Below, in pieces: positions 24,804 through 38,036 of a stretch of DNA of 64,000 bases. The DNA is taken from contig CM039000.1 in the NCBI GenBank assembly GCA_017499595.2, forward strand, positions 2,480,001-2,544,000, in the 5' to 3' direction. Source of the DNA: Psilocybe cubensis. Taxonomy: Eukaryota. A program made the position numbers and the translations under genes. Position 1 is the first letter of the stretch; each line of letters opens with the position of its first letter. The notes beneath the pieces are model-generated. The model was not told where the DNA came from. It was given only the letters and a program-made list of their open reading frames with translations, and searched no databases.

Positions 24804-27287
24804 TTAGCATAATTTTTTTAGGAAATCTTTTAAACCCATCTTGTCAATTTGTATTATGTTGGAATGAAAGCCAGAAAATTGAGCAGAAAGCTTGAATGCC
24901 GATTTCGCATTTATGAAAGCCAGGCCAAACTGACTGAAAAACAATCAATGCCAAATTAACATGAAAATTTGATCAGATACCCACTTTTTACGGGTTTGAT
25001 CAAATTCCAGCGCTGCCATCATCCCAACGATAGTATACATATTTCGCGCCTCGTCGAGACAGGCAATCACGATTGGAAGAAATTTCCTTTTTGATAACCC
25101 AACAACCGTCCCAGGTAACCGTTCCCGAAGAGCTTCCGCCAGCCAAAGCCCTAATCGCCAAAGCATGCCAGGATTACAGAATAGAGCGAGATCTGGTCCC
25201 TGAGAAAGGATTACAACGCGATGGTTTCTCATGGTTTTGATATCCTGTTTGTCGATTATGGATGTGCCCTGACGGATGATAGCTCGCTGTAAAGACATTG
25301 CCAAACTCAATGATCCTTTCAGTGCATCGATACTGTCGGAAAGATGAGTTGATCAATGCTAAAGCATCAGAAAAGGGTGGTACTCACTCAGAAAGAGCGT
25401 CATAAGCCACCCAGAAATTTTTCATCCACCAAGCTGGCTCTCCTCGTGGTTTAGATGGATCCTCTTCTGCATCGACCTCGTTTTGCCGAGCGGAGTCGAC
25501 CGATTGTGGTTTATAATCAATATCTGACTTCGGAACAGCCCTGGTTAAGTCAGTGCCCTCCCAAGTTCGACCGCCACCAAACCACTCTCCACCATTCCGC
25601 ATTCCTTCAATCTCAATTTCCAGGCGCAGGCCTCCTGCAACATCCAACAACGCAGTTATCCCCTCAACAGCGTCAGCCGCTGATAAAGGCTGACTGTGAA
25701 AACCGAAACATCTCATGAACGAAGGGTATGATAGCTCGACTAGGCCGTATTCGGGTGCAATGTCATTTAACTTATCTATCAAAGTCTTTTTCAAATCCAT
25801 GTCCATGTGAGAGTAGGGCTGTTGTGTTTGAGGAATAGAAAAACTAAAACAACGCGTCAACGTGTGTAAGATGTTCGGTTAAATCTACGTACCCCATCTT
25901 TGCAAGGAGGCCTGTCAACCTTTGTCTGCCCCTTTCCTTCCAGATTCCTAATTTTCCGGCGACATAACTTGAATGAAACATCGCATCATACAAGGTCCAG
26001 TGTCGAAATAACATAAACCGCAGTTCTTCGCTTGTTCGCACGCCCATGTCATCTGGGTTGATAGATACCAAGGAGTGGACACTATCGTTAACCGCCAATC
26101 GTGGATTCAGTCGTGAAACTTCGTCATAGTAAACTGAATGATAATTCTCGTAAACCTCTCGAGATATGCGAGAAGTGATGTATTGATGCGTAAGTCCCAG
26201 TATGGCAAGCCTGTATAAACACTGAGAAGGAGAATTAGAGGCATAGAAAGGCTGATACGTGCCACAAAAAGTCGTTGTCCACACGTTCCAATAGTGTGGC
26301 CAACAAGTAGATCGCGCTGGATGCACTTTGTCCATATGATAATCCGGATTCATAGTACTTGTCAACCATCCTTCGATGGGCTATATATTCCTCAAGGGAC
26401 ATACCCCCTGGCTGCCAATACGAATGGTTACAAAAGAATTCATTGTGATCAAATCTGAAAGTAACATGCCTTAGGTTCCCGTCGCTGTCGCTTTCGCGAG
26501 CGATTCAGTGCCTCCAGTTTACGTCTTTTGGATGGTAAATTTGGTTCAAAGGTAGGTATGTCGGCGTGCTCGCTTCCAGTGAAGTCGTTATCGTCTTCTT
26601 CGAAGCCTTCCTCGTCCTCTGATCCATCGTCAGACAAATCATTTTCACTATCACGGTCGGTTTGCTCAGGGTCAGGCTCAATCTCATACTATAAGTTGTT
26701 AGCAAATAGTCAAGGACGGAGATATGGAAGGCTGACCTCAATCACTTCCCATGATTTTTTCTCTTCCGTAAGTTTCTCGGCGTGTCCATCATCCCAAACT
26801 AGTATCCGCGAGCCATTTTCGCCACCCAGAAACAAGTTGGGCAAAGCCATAGGTCTACTCGAATCGATGACGTGTATTGAAACCTTGGTATCAAAAGTGC
26901 CAAACCAATTGCCATCGGCCAGATCCAAGTTGGAACCCAAATTAATCAGGATTAAAGTATGAAGCTGTACAACATGCGTTAATTCAAACACTGCTCCATT
27001 ATGGATGAGGGTGAACATACGTCGGTGTTGTTAAAAAGATCGTCCTTGATAGTTTGTAAATCATCTAGACCGGAAACTGGGACAATACGATATGCTATGT
27101 CATCTTGCTTAAAAAGTGTAGCAAGCATTCGCGTAGCACAGAGGGAATCTACATCCGGTGAGACCAAGATATTAACTGAGGACGCCGATGCCAGTGGCGA
27201 GCGTCTATGTGATTTGAGTATATCTTTATAAGCATGCAAATAAGAGGGTCTGTCCCCTGCCAGAGATGGATGAGAAATGTAAACCAT
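24804..27287 (-). CDS. CDC45: DNA replication initiation factor Cdc45
   Basis: ILVSPDVDSLCA, HVIDSSRP, ELRFMLFRHWTLYDAM, LLAKMG, NFWVAYDAL motifs; two GC-AG introns. Confidence 0.95.
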
Positions 27288-27359
27288 TGTTCTTGCTTGT
27301 GCTGGACAGTGTAAACGGTTTAACGAATCTTCTTCGCCAAGCCTACGCGCCTGTCACAG

Positions 27360-27369
27360 GTCACGTGAC
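27360..27369. promoter_or_regulatory. Palindromic E-box GTCACGTGAC upstream of CDC45; related CACGTGA sites at 29806-29813 and 40066-40072
   Basis: Matches the bHLH (Cbf1-type) TCACGTG consensus and recurs upstream of several genes in this window. Function inferred. Confidence 0.45.
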
Positions 27370-28032
27370 TATTAAGGCATCTGTTACACGCCTAAATTCA
27401 AGCAAATATCTAGTCACAAGTAATCTTTGCTACTGAACTTGAACAAACAGCCATGATCCGTGTATTTCTATGGAGGTCGAAAACTTATGAGTTTTGAATA
27501 ACTTGACCTTTACTAGGCTTGTACACTAAATCAAAAATTGTATTACTTGAAGCCCCCAAAAGTTGATCGTAGTGTTGAAGGGGCAGGGTTTGGGTAGGGC
27601 CCGTCAAACCACTGCATTTGCAGATCTCCTTGCGAGGTGAACGTGGCGCTTTTCGTGATGGCTCCTCCAAATTGGCTCAGCCGGGATCATTTCTGACTTT
27701 CACCAGCATCGAAGCACGTCGAAGCACATTACACTAATGTGATTCTACTTAGATGAAAGAAGGCGTATATACAAAGCAAAATGGCTCAATACACGCGAAG
27801 CCCACGTGGGTCGATGAATGAACACTCGTTTAAACATAGGCCAAGATTGGGGTGCTGATGGATGGCAATATTTCTAGACGGCCGAGCATGGTTAATCTTC
27901 AGATTTGACTCCGGGTGGCGACCCTCAAGCTTATGCTGGTCGGGTGTAAGCGGCTAATATTGAATGAATGATAATAACTGAAACTGTCGACGAGGTTTTG
28001 AACCAGACCTCAGTTATCTCTGAAAATAAAAT

Positions 28033-29648
28033 TTAATCCCAACTTGTCGTATAAAATAAACCACTCCTTCACGGTCCCATCAGATTATGTAACGAAAGAA
28101 AAGTAAGGACAATGATACTCACCCTCCCGAATGGCGGGAAAAGTAGTCGAAGTCGATGTTCACTGTAGGGTACGATTATATATAGTAGACGAAGCTTAGA
28201 AAGTATAGAATTCTTACCCGCAAGAGATAGAAGAAGCTTAAAGGGATAAGACAGGGTCACAGAGCAATAGAACATGTACTCACGGCCCTAGTATCAATAT
28301 CAAGTTCATGCGCGGTGCTCGGGAATGGATTTTTGAGCTCAAGGGCACTGACTCCGGGAAGTTGTGTTTCGAGACTAAGTGCAGAAGGTTTGAAATTTAT
28401 CGAGTACCTCCCTGTAGGGTCGAATTAAACGCTATTTTCACACGTCATCGAAATGCTGGATCACCTGTGTCAGTAAAAATCTGATCAAGATCAGAGATAA
28501 AAACGCAAGTGATTAAGTCGGTTGCTCACTTCACGCCCAAACCCTCTAAAAGCACGATCGACAGTCGATATTATGTGCCCCTTGTGATTGAGAATGTGGA
28601 ATTGCCACGACAGGAAACCGGAATCTACTTTCCCAATTTGATAATAATTTAGTTCGTCGGGACCGCCTTGATTATTCGTGGGTACTATTGAAGCATGTGG
28701 TAAATTTTCACTGCTATATATCAGATTCTTTCTTGGGAGGATGGGCAATAGTTGCAGTCCTCACCGCAGGAAAAGATCATACTGACGTCTCCAGGGATGC
28801 CAAACCTGTTGAACTTCGCCAAACGTCTCAAGCGAAGGCACTGCAGTGTCCATGAATTGGTTTTCGTCTTTCAAGCGTTGAACAAACATCCGTGAATTAA
28901 TCCAAGCGAATGGCCTCCGAATCTATTATCGGTGTTGATATGAGCCGAGAGTTTGACACACATTTTCAAGATATAGAACATCCCCACAATATTGGTAACC
29001 CCTGTTGATCCATAATCACTGCTTTGAATGGACGATGCGTTGCAAAAACCTGACGCGACAGTGTGCCCCAAAACCCTTTTGGTTCCTCGGCGATGTACCC
29101 TACAGGTTCGCCTTGTTCATTGCCTATGGCATAGCATTTGGATCCTGTTAATCTCTAAAGATTAATAAAGAAAAGTCCAACTTATTGTGTATTTATTGGA
29201 TTGTTCGAATCCAATGAAAACGTTTAACATTTCAAGCTGCCTGTCAAGTTGTCCAGTAAGTTAATTTCCTGAAAAATGTTGTGAGGGTCACCAAATTGCC
29301 TTTCTATTACAAGTGTATTACTTTGAAGTAATAATTTTGACAAACCATCCTTGTGCGATGGAGAAGACCGGTCTATTGTATAGTTGGTGAAATTATTGGG
29401 CTCCGACATCTCTGTATCGTTGACTTGTTTATTTTTACTTTGCTGCCCAGTTGGTCGCACTTCAAGCAAGTGTATTTATATGGAATGAAAATGATTATGG
29501 ACGGGATATACGCACGTATTTGCCGTGTTCTTCCTACTCCTGGTATTCTTTTCGGCGCAAATCGAGAGATTGCATACGAGCGTGATATTGAAAGACAGGC
29601 AAGAGAGTGCTGGAGTGGTACTTTGAGTAGACTTTTGATAGGCAGCAT
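28033..29648 (-). CDS. AIM25: Phospholipid scramblase family protein (Aim25-like, probably mitochondrial)
   Basis: IERQLEMLNVFIGFEQSNKY, ILWIRRPFAWINSR, WHPWRRQYDLF, RGFGREIFTDTG, AVNIDFDYFSRHS; Arg/Ser-rich N-terminus. Needs one GC-AG and one GG-AG intron. Confidence 0.88.
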
Positions 29649-30094
29649 ACCAGCTGATTTTAGAGGAGCAAGTTATTATGTGCGCACTCCTGTAGCTATT
29701 TATGTTCACTTAAAGTCGGGGGTGTTCTCTCCCGCAGGGCGTTGTGATGGTTTGAAGTAAGCTGATTCGGAAAAGTTGCATGAGGGCGGGCCGTTGCTCA
29801 CACTGTCACGTGATAGTGTGCTTTCCCTCAGAAAATTAATCCGACTTGCGGACTTGCGGACTCAGAGTTGAGACTGACAGTCTTTCTGTCTTTCATTCGA
29901 CACACTCAGACGATCATCTATGTGCTAATATTCCGCTGTCTATTAAAAATTGGGGTCCTGTAGCTTTCTGTGGGTTTGGTATACTTTTTCGAACTGACTC
30001 TGAAGGAAGAGCTTCGCGGAGGTATGTCATTACACAATTGTTACACTTACACTCGGTCACTGACTTCATCTGTAAGACAGCGCACCAATAAACA

Positions 30095-33000
30095 ATGCAT
30101 CGACATTCAAGGACTATCATAAATGTCTGTAATAAGCACTGCTGTCATTTTGGCACTGCTTCTCAATTAAAAGTATGTATCCTTTTCAGTAATTTCAAAA
30201 GACCAATCTATAGTAACTTGTTATAGGTCAAACCAGAGATTAACTCATCCTCTTCAGGTTACTCCTTGTTACCTAAATAAATATATCGTCTAATCTTTTC
30301 AAATAACTAGGGATACCTTCAGCCAGAAGCTGGACTCGAGAACCACCGCCGCATCAAGCATCCGTTCAGGCGAGCAATACGAACCCAACAGCATCAAGTA
30401 ATGATAGCACACGGGCGTCAGGCATTCAAACGCCATCTCCGCAAATCGTTCTTGAAAAAAGGCCTGAAACACTGCCTTTGCCAGCCAGAAATTGGACGCG
30501 GCCATATGTCCCGTCATCTTCCTCATCCCAGCAACTCCATCAAGTGAAAAACGGAGAATCTTCCTTGCCTGCCAGAGCCCGGACACATTCGTCTTCCCAT
30601 GCACCGTCTCACCCTACCCAAGATACGCCTTTACCTGCTAGAAATTGGGCTCGGTCATCCCCGCCAACATCAACCACTTCTTTCAGACAGAGTCCCTCTC
30701 AGCCCACAACTACAAATAGTTCCGTACGTTCAAGAAACTCGACGCCGCCATCCTACCCAGAATCTTCGCAGCACGTTGGCCCCCAAATAACTGCCTCCAG
30801 TACGCCTTTGCCTAAGAGGAACTGGGCACGATTATCCGCTTCCACGTCGCCTATTTCTCAAAAGCAGGAACAAACATCAGCGAACATTACAGATAAATCC
30901 TTGTCCGTTAGAAATCTAGGCCACCCATCCGCCAGTACCTCGCGCGTTTCTCCGCCTGACGGGCGAGGCAGTGTTCTTCATCAGTCTAACGTCGATCCAA
31001 AACATTCAGAGCTAGGAAGGCAGACCAATCAAACCATGCAGCCAAAAGTTTCAACCCCGAAGTTGGTTGTTAGCACAAATCCTCGTCAGGAGACTTCACG
31101 AATACCGTCTAAGCTTTTAATCCAAAAATCAAAGCCACGATCAAGAAATGCGCGTCGAAAAAATGTATATATCCCTACGACTCTAACAGTCGCAACTCTT
31201 TCGAAGGTATTGAAGGTTAAATTAGGTATGATGCATCCTATTGTAAGGTGTTTTACTTTTTTATTCTATCATTCCAGATTTCTTGCTATCGAAAATGCGA
31301 CAAGTTGGAATGACACAAGAAGCGACCTATGATTATAGTCAGTAGAATATTTTTTTGATATATAAGCACGTCCTCATGTCATGCTTAAGTTCTTACATCC
31401 GACTACGCAATGTTGTTGGCGGACGAGCTCGGTTATAACCCCATTGTAGACGACGAAGCTGCCTTTGACATACATGCACCGTGAGTTCGATTTCTGTTGG
31501 TGTATGACTTTTAGTCTGACTTGTTTTCAGCCCTCCTCATCCTAACCCTTCTTCGTTGCCCCCACGCCCACCAATCGTGACAATCATGGGGCACGTCGAT
31601 CACGGCAAAACCACCCTTTTAGATACTTTGCGCTCAGCATCTGTTGCCAAAGGTGAAGCTGGGGGTATAACTCAGCACATTGGAGCCTTTTCTGTACCTG
31701 TGTCCCAAAATGCTAATTCTGTGACTGGGTCTCAGACCATTACGTTTTTGGATACTCCAGGACACGCGGCATTTTCTGCCATGCGTGCTCGAGGTGCAGA
31801 TGTCACGGACATAGTTGTATTGGTTGTTGCTGCGGATGACGGGATTATGCCTCAGACAAGGGAAGTTATTAATCTGTTGAAGAGAGAAGGTAGTCACGTC
31901 AGCTTAGTGGTGGCCATCAATAAAGTTGATAAACCAGGGGCGGATGTGGTAGGACTATGGTTTTTTAGTGATAACGACATGCTTATGCTATTTAGGAATC
32001 GGTTAAACGAGCTCTCATGGTAGAGGGAATTCAGTTGGAAGAGTTCGGTGGAGACATCCCATCCGTCGAGGTATCTGGCTTAACTGGCCATGGTTTGCCT
32101 GAATTGGTCGAAACTCTTTCAGCAGTAGCGGAGATGCAGGATCTTAGGGCAGAACAAGATGGTCCCGTCTTTGGTCACATTCTTGAATCAAACTTTAACA
32201 AAGGAATAGGGTGCGCAAACGTTCATGTGCTTGAAGTTTATCCTACTGACATCCTTGCAGACCTGTTGCAACTGTCCTAGTTCAGAGGGGCTGCTTGAAA
32301 GTTGGAGCTCGTGTAATTAGCGGGCTTTCTCAGGGGAAAGTTCGTCTTATGATGGACTCGAATGGCAAGTCAGTGAAGGTTGCAATACCTGGAATGGCCG
32401 TCACCGTCAGCGGGTGGAAGACATTACCGAAAGCCGGTGACGAGATTCTGGAGGGCTCCGAAGCTGACATCAAGAAAGCCCTCGCTAACCGTGTTACAAT
32501 GGCCGAGAAGGAGGCTTTGCATGAGGATGTTGAAGCTATCAATTCATCTCGGAAGCTTGATCGTGATGCACGTGCAGCTGCAGCTGCAGCTGAGGCAGAG
32601 AGTCGTCACCTTGCTCGCGATAATGCACTTACTGAACCCGAAACTGGTCCTAAGGAGCTGAAACTCATTATCAAGGCTGATGTCAGTGGCAGTAGTGAAG
32701 CTCTCGAAGGAGCTTTGGATAGCATTGGGAACAGCATCGCAATCTCAAAGGTGATGTCGACAGGTGTCGGTGACATCACGGAGTCCGACGTTATGATGGC
32801 TAAAGTTGCAAATGGTCAGTCTTTATATGCTATTCAAACGGGAGTCTAAATCTAGCCAATTACCGCAGCAATTATTGTCGGATTCTCTGTGTCTGCTCCT
32901 CGCATAGTTCAGAACTTGGCAGCGCAAAATGGGGTTCAAATATTCACTTCCAATATTATCTACAGGCTTGTGGAAGATATCCGAGAGCGCGTCATTTCAA

Positions 33001-33383
33001 TGTTGCCCAAGATCATAGAAACTAAAGTCGTCGGAGAGGCAACAGTCCTTCAGATATTCGAAATTCAACTCAAGTCCAAGCAAATGGCAAAAGTTGCTGG
33101 ATGCCGTGTCACAAACGGAAATGTGGAAAAGCAGAAGTACGCGCGAGTTGTACGAGATGGAGAAATCGTTTATGAAGGTAAATTTGCGTTTTACTTTTTA
33201 TTCGTTTTACTGATGACTACCATGTTCGTAGGATCGTTGGATACTATGCGTCACCTTAAGAAAGAAATCACAGAGGCTCGCAAAGGCATGGAGTGTGGGC
33301 TGAGTCTCAAAGATTTCTCTGACCTACGGGAAGGAGACATGATTCAGATGTACGAGAAGATTGAAAAACCTGGGATTCTATAA
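30095..33383 (+). CDS. IFM1: Mitochondrial translation initiation factor IF-2
   Basis: [62 protein letters not shown]. Start codon inferred. Confidence 0.93.
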
Positions 33384-33420
33384 AAAATATTGTAAACACC
33401 TCCTGGAAGACATATACTAA

Positions 33421-34876
33421 TCATGTACGCAATTTATTAGACTCGTCTAGAATGATCTCTTTCCCACCGACAGTCCCTGTCCTACCCCCTACACCGAATG
33501 TCAAGCTAATTGGACCAAGATCTCGGTCTGTCTTTTCCAGAACAGTCCAGCTGCGTGCATCGATTTTCTGAAGGGTCAATTCAACCTAGAGGGAGTTGGT
33601 CAGCACAGAACATTCGAGTAGAAATTTATACACGAATTAAGCAGACTTTTGTACCAAGAACTTTCGAAGTGCATGATCTTGGATCGATGCCGCCGAAAAG
33701 GTCCAGTGTGCGCGTGAAGCGTCTGTTGTTCGGAAGAAATAAGTCCAGCATGGCCTGAATAAATCATATTGGTTAAAAGCAATTCCACCAGGATGAATGC
33801 GCCCATTACCTTATTATCTTCAAATGTTACTGTACTTCGTTCCTTGTCAACCTGCTTCGCAAAGATAGATACGTGTACTTGGGAGGGTGTCTGATAATGG
33901 TCGATCCGGCAAGTAACTTGCTCCTCGGTCTGCAGAATTACACATTGTATAAGATCAGCGAGGAGTATATTACAGTATGGTATGAATGTATACTCGCCTT
34001 AGGTTCCGTTACTACAGGTATAAAGCAATGACGACCAGTCTGGCATCCTTCAATTTTCAAGAATTCGTCGAATTCCAAAACTCTGCGTTTACAGCACAGA
34101 TATCCCTTACAAAAAATGCAAAGCATTAGCATATAGCAATCCACCTTTTGAAAGATGGTATACCTTGCTGCCTTCCCTGAAGTAAGGCTGAGATAGTGTC
34201 AGAACTGTGAATATCAGGCCGGTCTATCGATGCTCACTGGTAGTGGATGGTAACGACATATGGTTCCCTCTCCATCTCCCTGTCTGTTTTGTTCATCACT
34301 TACAAAAATTGTATGGCAGCCTTTCCGTTTGCAAGGTGTACCAACAGGAACTGCTTGATTCAAGTCATCCACTTCCAGAACAGGTACAGGTGGGGGTGCG
34401 GGCATAGCTGCAGTCACCTCTTGTTTCGCCGAAGCAGAACTGGTCAAAGAATCCTTGTGGACACCTCCAACCTGGTAAATTTCCTTTCCATCCGATGTGG
34501 TTTCTGATGATACGTTCACCGTAGACCTTGGGACTGGCGCAGGGGAGATGGGGGCTTCAACTTTTGATGTGTGTCCTTGTATTTCGGTACATGGCTGGAA
34601 CACGATGAAGTTGAGACGACAACCTTGGAGATTTTGATGTGACTGACCGGGATTGTCATGAATTCATCGAAATCTAACACTGGCTTGTTGATATCCTGGC
34701 AACAGGACCAGGATTTCAGTCCTTCGTGAAATACCTAGTGGCGTTGAATCGATATAAGATTTGAAAGACATTGGTACATCATCTGAACTTACAGGCGTGC
34801 CTGGATGATAATTGCAAGTGCTCGCTTCCCCTTCCTTGAATTCTACACCGCAACCTTTACGCGTGCAACGAGCCAT
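33421..34876 (-). CDS. CHORD-CHORD-CS Hsp90 co-chaperone (Chp1/CHORDC1-like)
   Basis: [27 protein letters not shown] and CKRKGC..CRYHP..FREGSKGYLCC CHORD domains; CRIDHYQTP CS domain. Confidence 0.92.
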
Positions 34877-35147
34877 TTTCAATGGGTAGTATCGATGATG
34901 AGGTGAAGTGGTATATTGGGCCAGAAACCGACGCGTCAACTTTAATAAACTCGATCCTATTTCGAAACCCAAAGATGGTTAATTGAAAATTCTAGAAGGA
35001 TCTACCGACTATCGTAGACTATCATAGGACAACAGTTATTTCCAACATTATTTATATTATGGTATATATCAGGGAGCTACATTTGAAACCTGTATATTAT
35101 ACGATCAAGTAGAGAGATGTCCAAGAGATTCGCAATTGTCATTGGAA

Positions 35148-36480
35148 TCAATTAAGTCCAGAGCTATAGGCCTCCCAAACCAAAAAGCCCACACCCCAGG
35201 GACCAACTCGCCCAATAGTACGAAGAAATTGCTTTGTTCTCGTGCTAGTTGCAGTCAAATCTGCGGGCAAACCGCTGGCCTTGAAGAAGGAACTTGCGCT
35301 ATCTTTGATGATTTTCCGTTTCAAGATGGCGTAAGAGCTGTCCATTCGATGCGATTTTTCAAGCCTTTCAAGGTAAATGGCGCGTCTCGCGACATCAAAA
35401 GGTCGACCAATAAATTCATAGGTCAGTCCTGCAATGACCTGCTTATTCATTAGCACTTATAGATCCACACATGTTCCACGCTTACGCCTCCGGACACAAG
35501 GACCACCCCGTTAATCACAGCTGGTATTTGTTTCTTAATGACACCATTGTATTCTTGGTTGGTAGCATTACTGAAAAGATTAACATAAACGTCCTTGGCT
35601 GTTGAGCCCGCGCGCCTGGATAACTCGAATATCAGGAAAAAGGCAGAAAACCCTAACGTTTTGATAAGTTCACAGGTCGTCAGAACAAAATAATTGCTTA
35701 CCTAGAGTGTCCTTAGCTACACCCCAACCCCAACCATTCCATCCTCGTCCTGCCATCTGCCCGACATCTTGTAACCAGCCACGTAGTTGGCGTACATCCT
35801 GTAGTCGAGCAGGCCGACTTTGAGTAGTAGAAGCATTCTTAAATACTTCTTTCCAAGCGCAAGACCATGTATGCCCACCAAATCCGTGTTCTAGTAAAAG
35901 TCTGACATTATCGGCAGGGGCAGCAGCAACGGCCTGGCAGGCTCCTGCTATTGCACCGGAAAGCGCTGTATTCAAAATAGAATGATTTTTTAGATGAGGC
36001 TCCAAGCCTTTACTGGCTTCCCCATATGATGTCCACAATATGGTACCGAGTATTGCGTTGATAATCATAGGAGGTACAAAATGTTTGGGTATAACTAATA
36101 TCTATCCTTGCGTCAGATACCTGGAAAGGAACCTGGAAGAATTTGTAATAGCTACCCCTTGGTTTTTGACCAAAGACACAAGATATTGGTGCGAGAGCGC
36201 AGATCCTTGCTGCGCTGCCAGATTTTTTAGAGTCTGCCACCCATTCACTGATATGATGTCCATGAGAAGTAATAACATCTTTCTCAGAGGGTGGGAAATA
36301 CCTTTTGCAGGTCTAAAGAGTCGAACTGGACGTGCAAAATACAAAGCAACGCTTCTGGACAAAGTACGTGCTATAGCTGCTTGTGCACTCCCTGATAGGA
36401 AACATCAGATTTATTCTATAATCTATCTGAACTTACATGCCTTCATTATTCTGGTTGTCCCCGTTCTTAACAGTAGTCAT
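35148..36480 (-). CDS. Divergent mitochondrial-carrier-like membrane protein
   Basis: YFARPVRLFRP, GAIAGACQAVAAAPADNVR and RPFDVARR resemble Px[DE]xx[KR] carrier motifs; clean intron model. Confidence 0.7.
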
Positions 36481-37133
36481 ATTGCTTTCTCTCATGTTGA
36501 CACTCCACTTATCTACGAGATGCTGCCATGTTGCAAAGAAAGACCACTGAGAAGGAGTGATATGAGTGCCGAATGACTATTATATGCAGTTTGCGCAACA
36601 ATGGAATGACGGTAGGATTGTGCATTTGCCATTCACATTGTGTAGTCACATGATTGACTTAGACTGGAGGCCACCGGCTACAGCCGACCAATAGCCAGAA
36701 CAAAACGAGTGGGTAGGTGATTTGATTGAGGGTGAAATTTAAAAACTCTCCGATACTTCTATTATCTACCAGCTCCTGTATCGTCTGTTAGACGTCTGAT
36801 CACCGCCGAAATTTTAGACATAACAGTCGCCTACTATACACTAGTTCCGCTTGACTATTAATGTCATAATATTCTGCCAATAAAATCACTGGCAATTCCG
36901 ATTTACAACGTGTCAGCCTCAAAGCCGGCGGTTCGTCGTTATTTCGGAGCTCGATGACACAGAACAGAGTACTAAAACGTGGACCCTATTTGGCATAGCA
37001 GGTTCCTGTGGTTCTTGAGATAAATCTTGTTCACACCATTCACTGGGCCATCTTCTTGCCATCCTCTTACAACAAGTAGTCAATTATTTTCCAAAACAAA
37101 TCCTAACAAATCTTGCCCCTACACGTTCCTCTC

Positions 37134-38036
37134 ATGGCAGCTTTCCATCGGTTAATAGGAAGACCTCGCATGGGAATTGTCCAAAAGTCTCAAAGATATG
37201 TATGCCGCTGTTTTCATTCTCATGGCCTTCAATTACCAGATGGTTTTTCGTATTGGCCAAACTTCTTCACCAACAGAGAGCAAAAAATATTGCTCTCAGC
37301 AGCCTTGTCCAAGTTGGATAGTACGGAGACGCGCCAATCCCGTATTAAGCGAAAAAACTATTGGAAGTCTAGGTCGAACGATGATCAGACGGATTTAGAT
37401 CCTGCAGCCATTTTATTCGCACCGGATGGCATGTATGAATTTCAAGAGGTCAGATTCATGTCTTGTCTTCTCTGGATTAAAATTTAATCAAATTATTTTG
37501 TAAGGGTCACTTTGACGGCGTTATTCATCATTACAGAGAAATGCATTTGTCATCGTGGCCTATTGATAAATTTCACGACCTCAGGCCTGTTCTGGATAGG
37601 TTATATTCCCTTTGTCCTACACTGGATGTCCAAACACACATTTTGCATTTGGCATCGTATGGCGAAATCCTCCCCCATGTAGATAATATCAGTGCAAGTG
37701 GGCGTTGGATTCTAGGTGTCAGCCTTGGCGATGAACGTATACTGCATATGAGAGAAAAATCTCAAGATGGTCGCGAATTTTGGTTGAATCTTCCATCGGG
37801 AAGTGTTTATCTCCAACGGTCGGTCCTTTAAAGATGATTTGGTCTTGACTCTCGCCATTGATGTCTTTATAGAGACGATATCAGGTATAACTATCTGCAT
37901 AGCATATCCAAAGCTGTGCAGGGACATAAACATTTCGGACAGCGATTGAGCATCGTGATACGAGTAAGTCCGAGTCTGATGTCATATTCAGTTCCACCAT
38001 GTTCTCTGATTCCCATGACGATACCAGGATCGATGA
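37134..38036 (+). CDS. ALKBH7: ALKBH7-like 2OG-Fe(II) dioxygenase, probably mitochondrial
   Basis: FQEGHFDGVIHHYREM, HILHLASYGEILPHVDN (HxD), LPSGSVYLQRDDIRYNYLHSI, QRLSIVIRD. Confidence 0.85.

Noticed and set aside
27400-28030. Possible ncRNA in the CDC45-scramblase gap; AGATTGGG near 27844 resembling the MITE TIR
   Set aside because: No snRNA, SRP, RNase P or tRNA signature recognised; the TIR similarity is about 8 nt with no partner.
29203-29212. GTTCGAATCC T-loop-like motif (similar near 22360 and 61325)
   Set aside because: Falls in coding exons or at an exon junction; no cloverleaf context.
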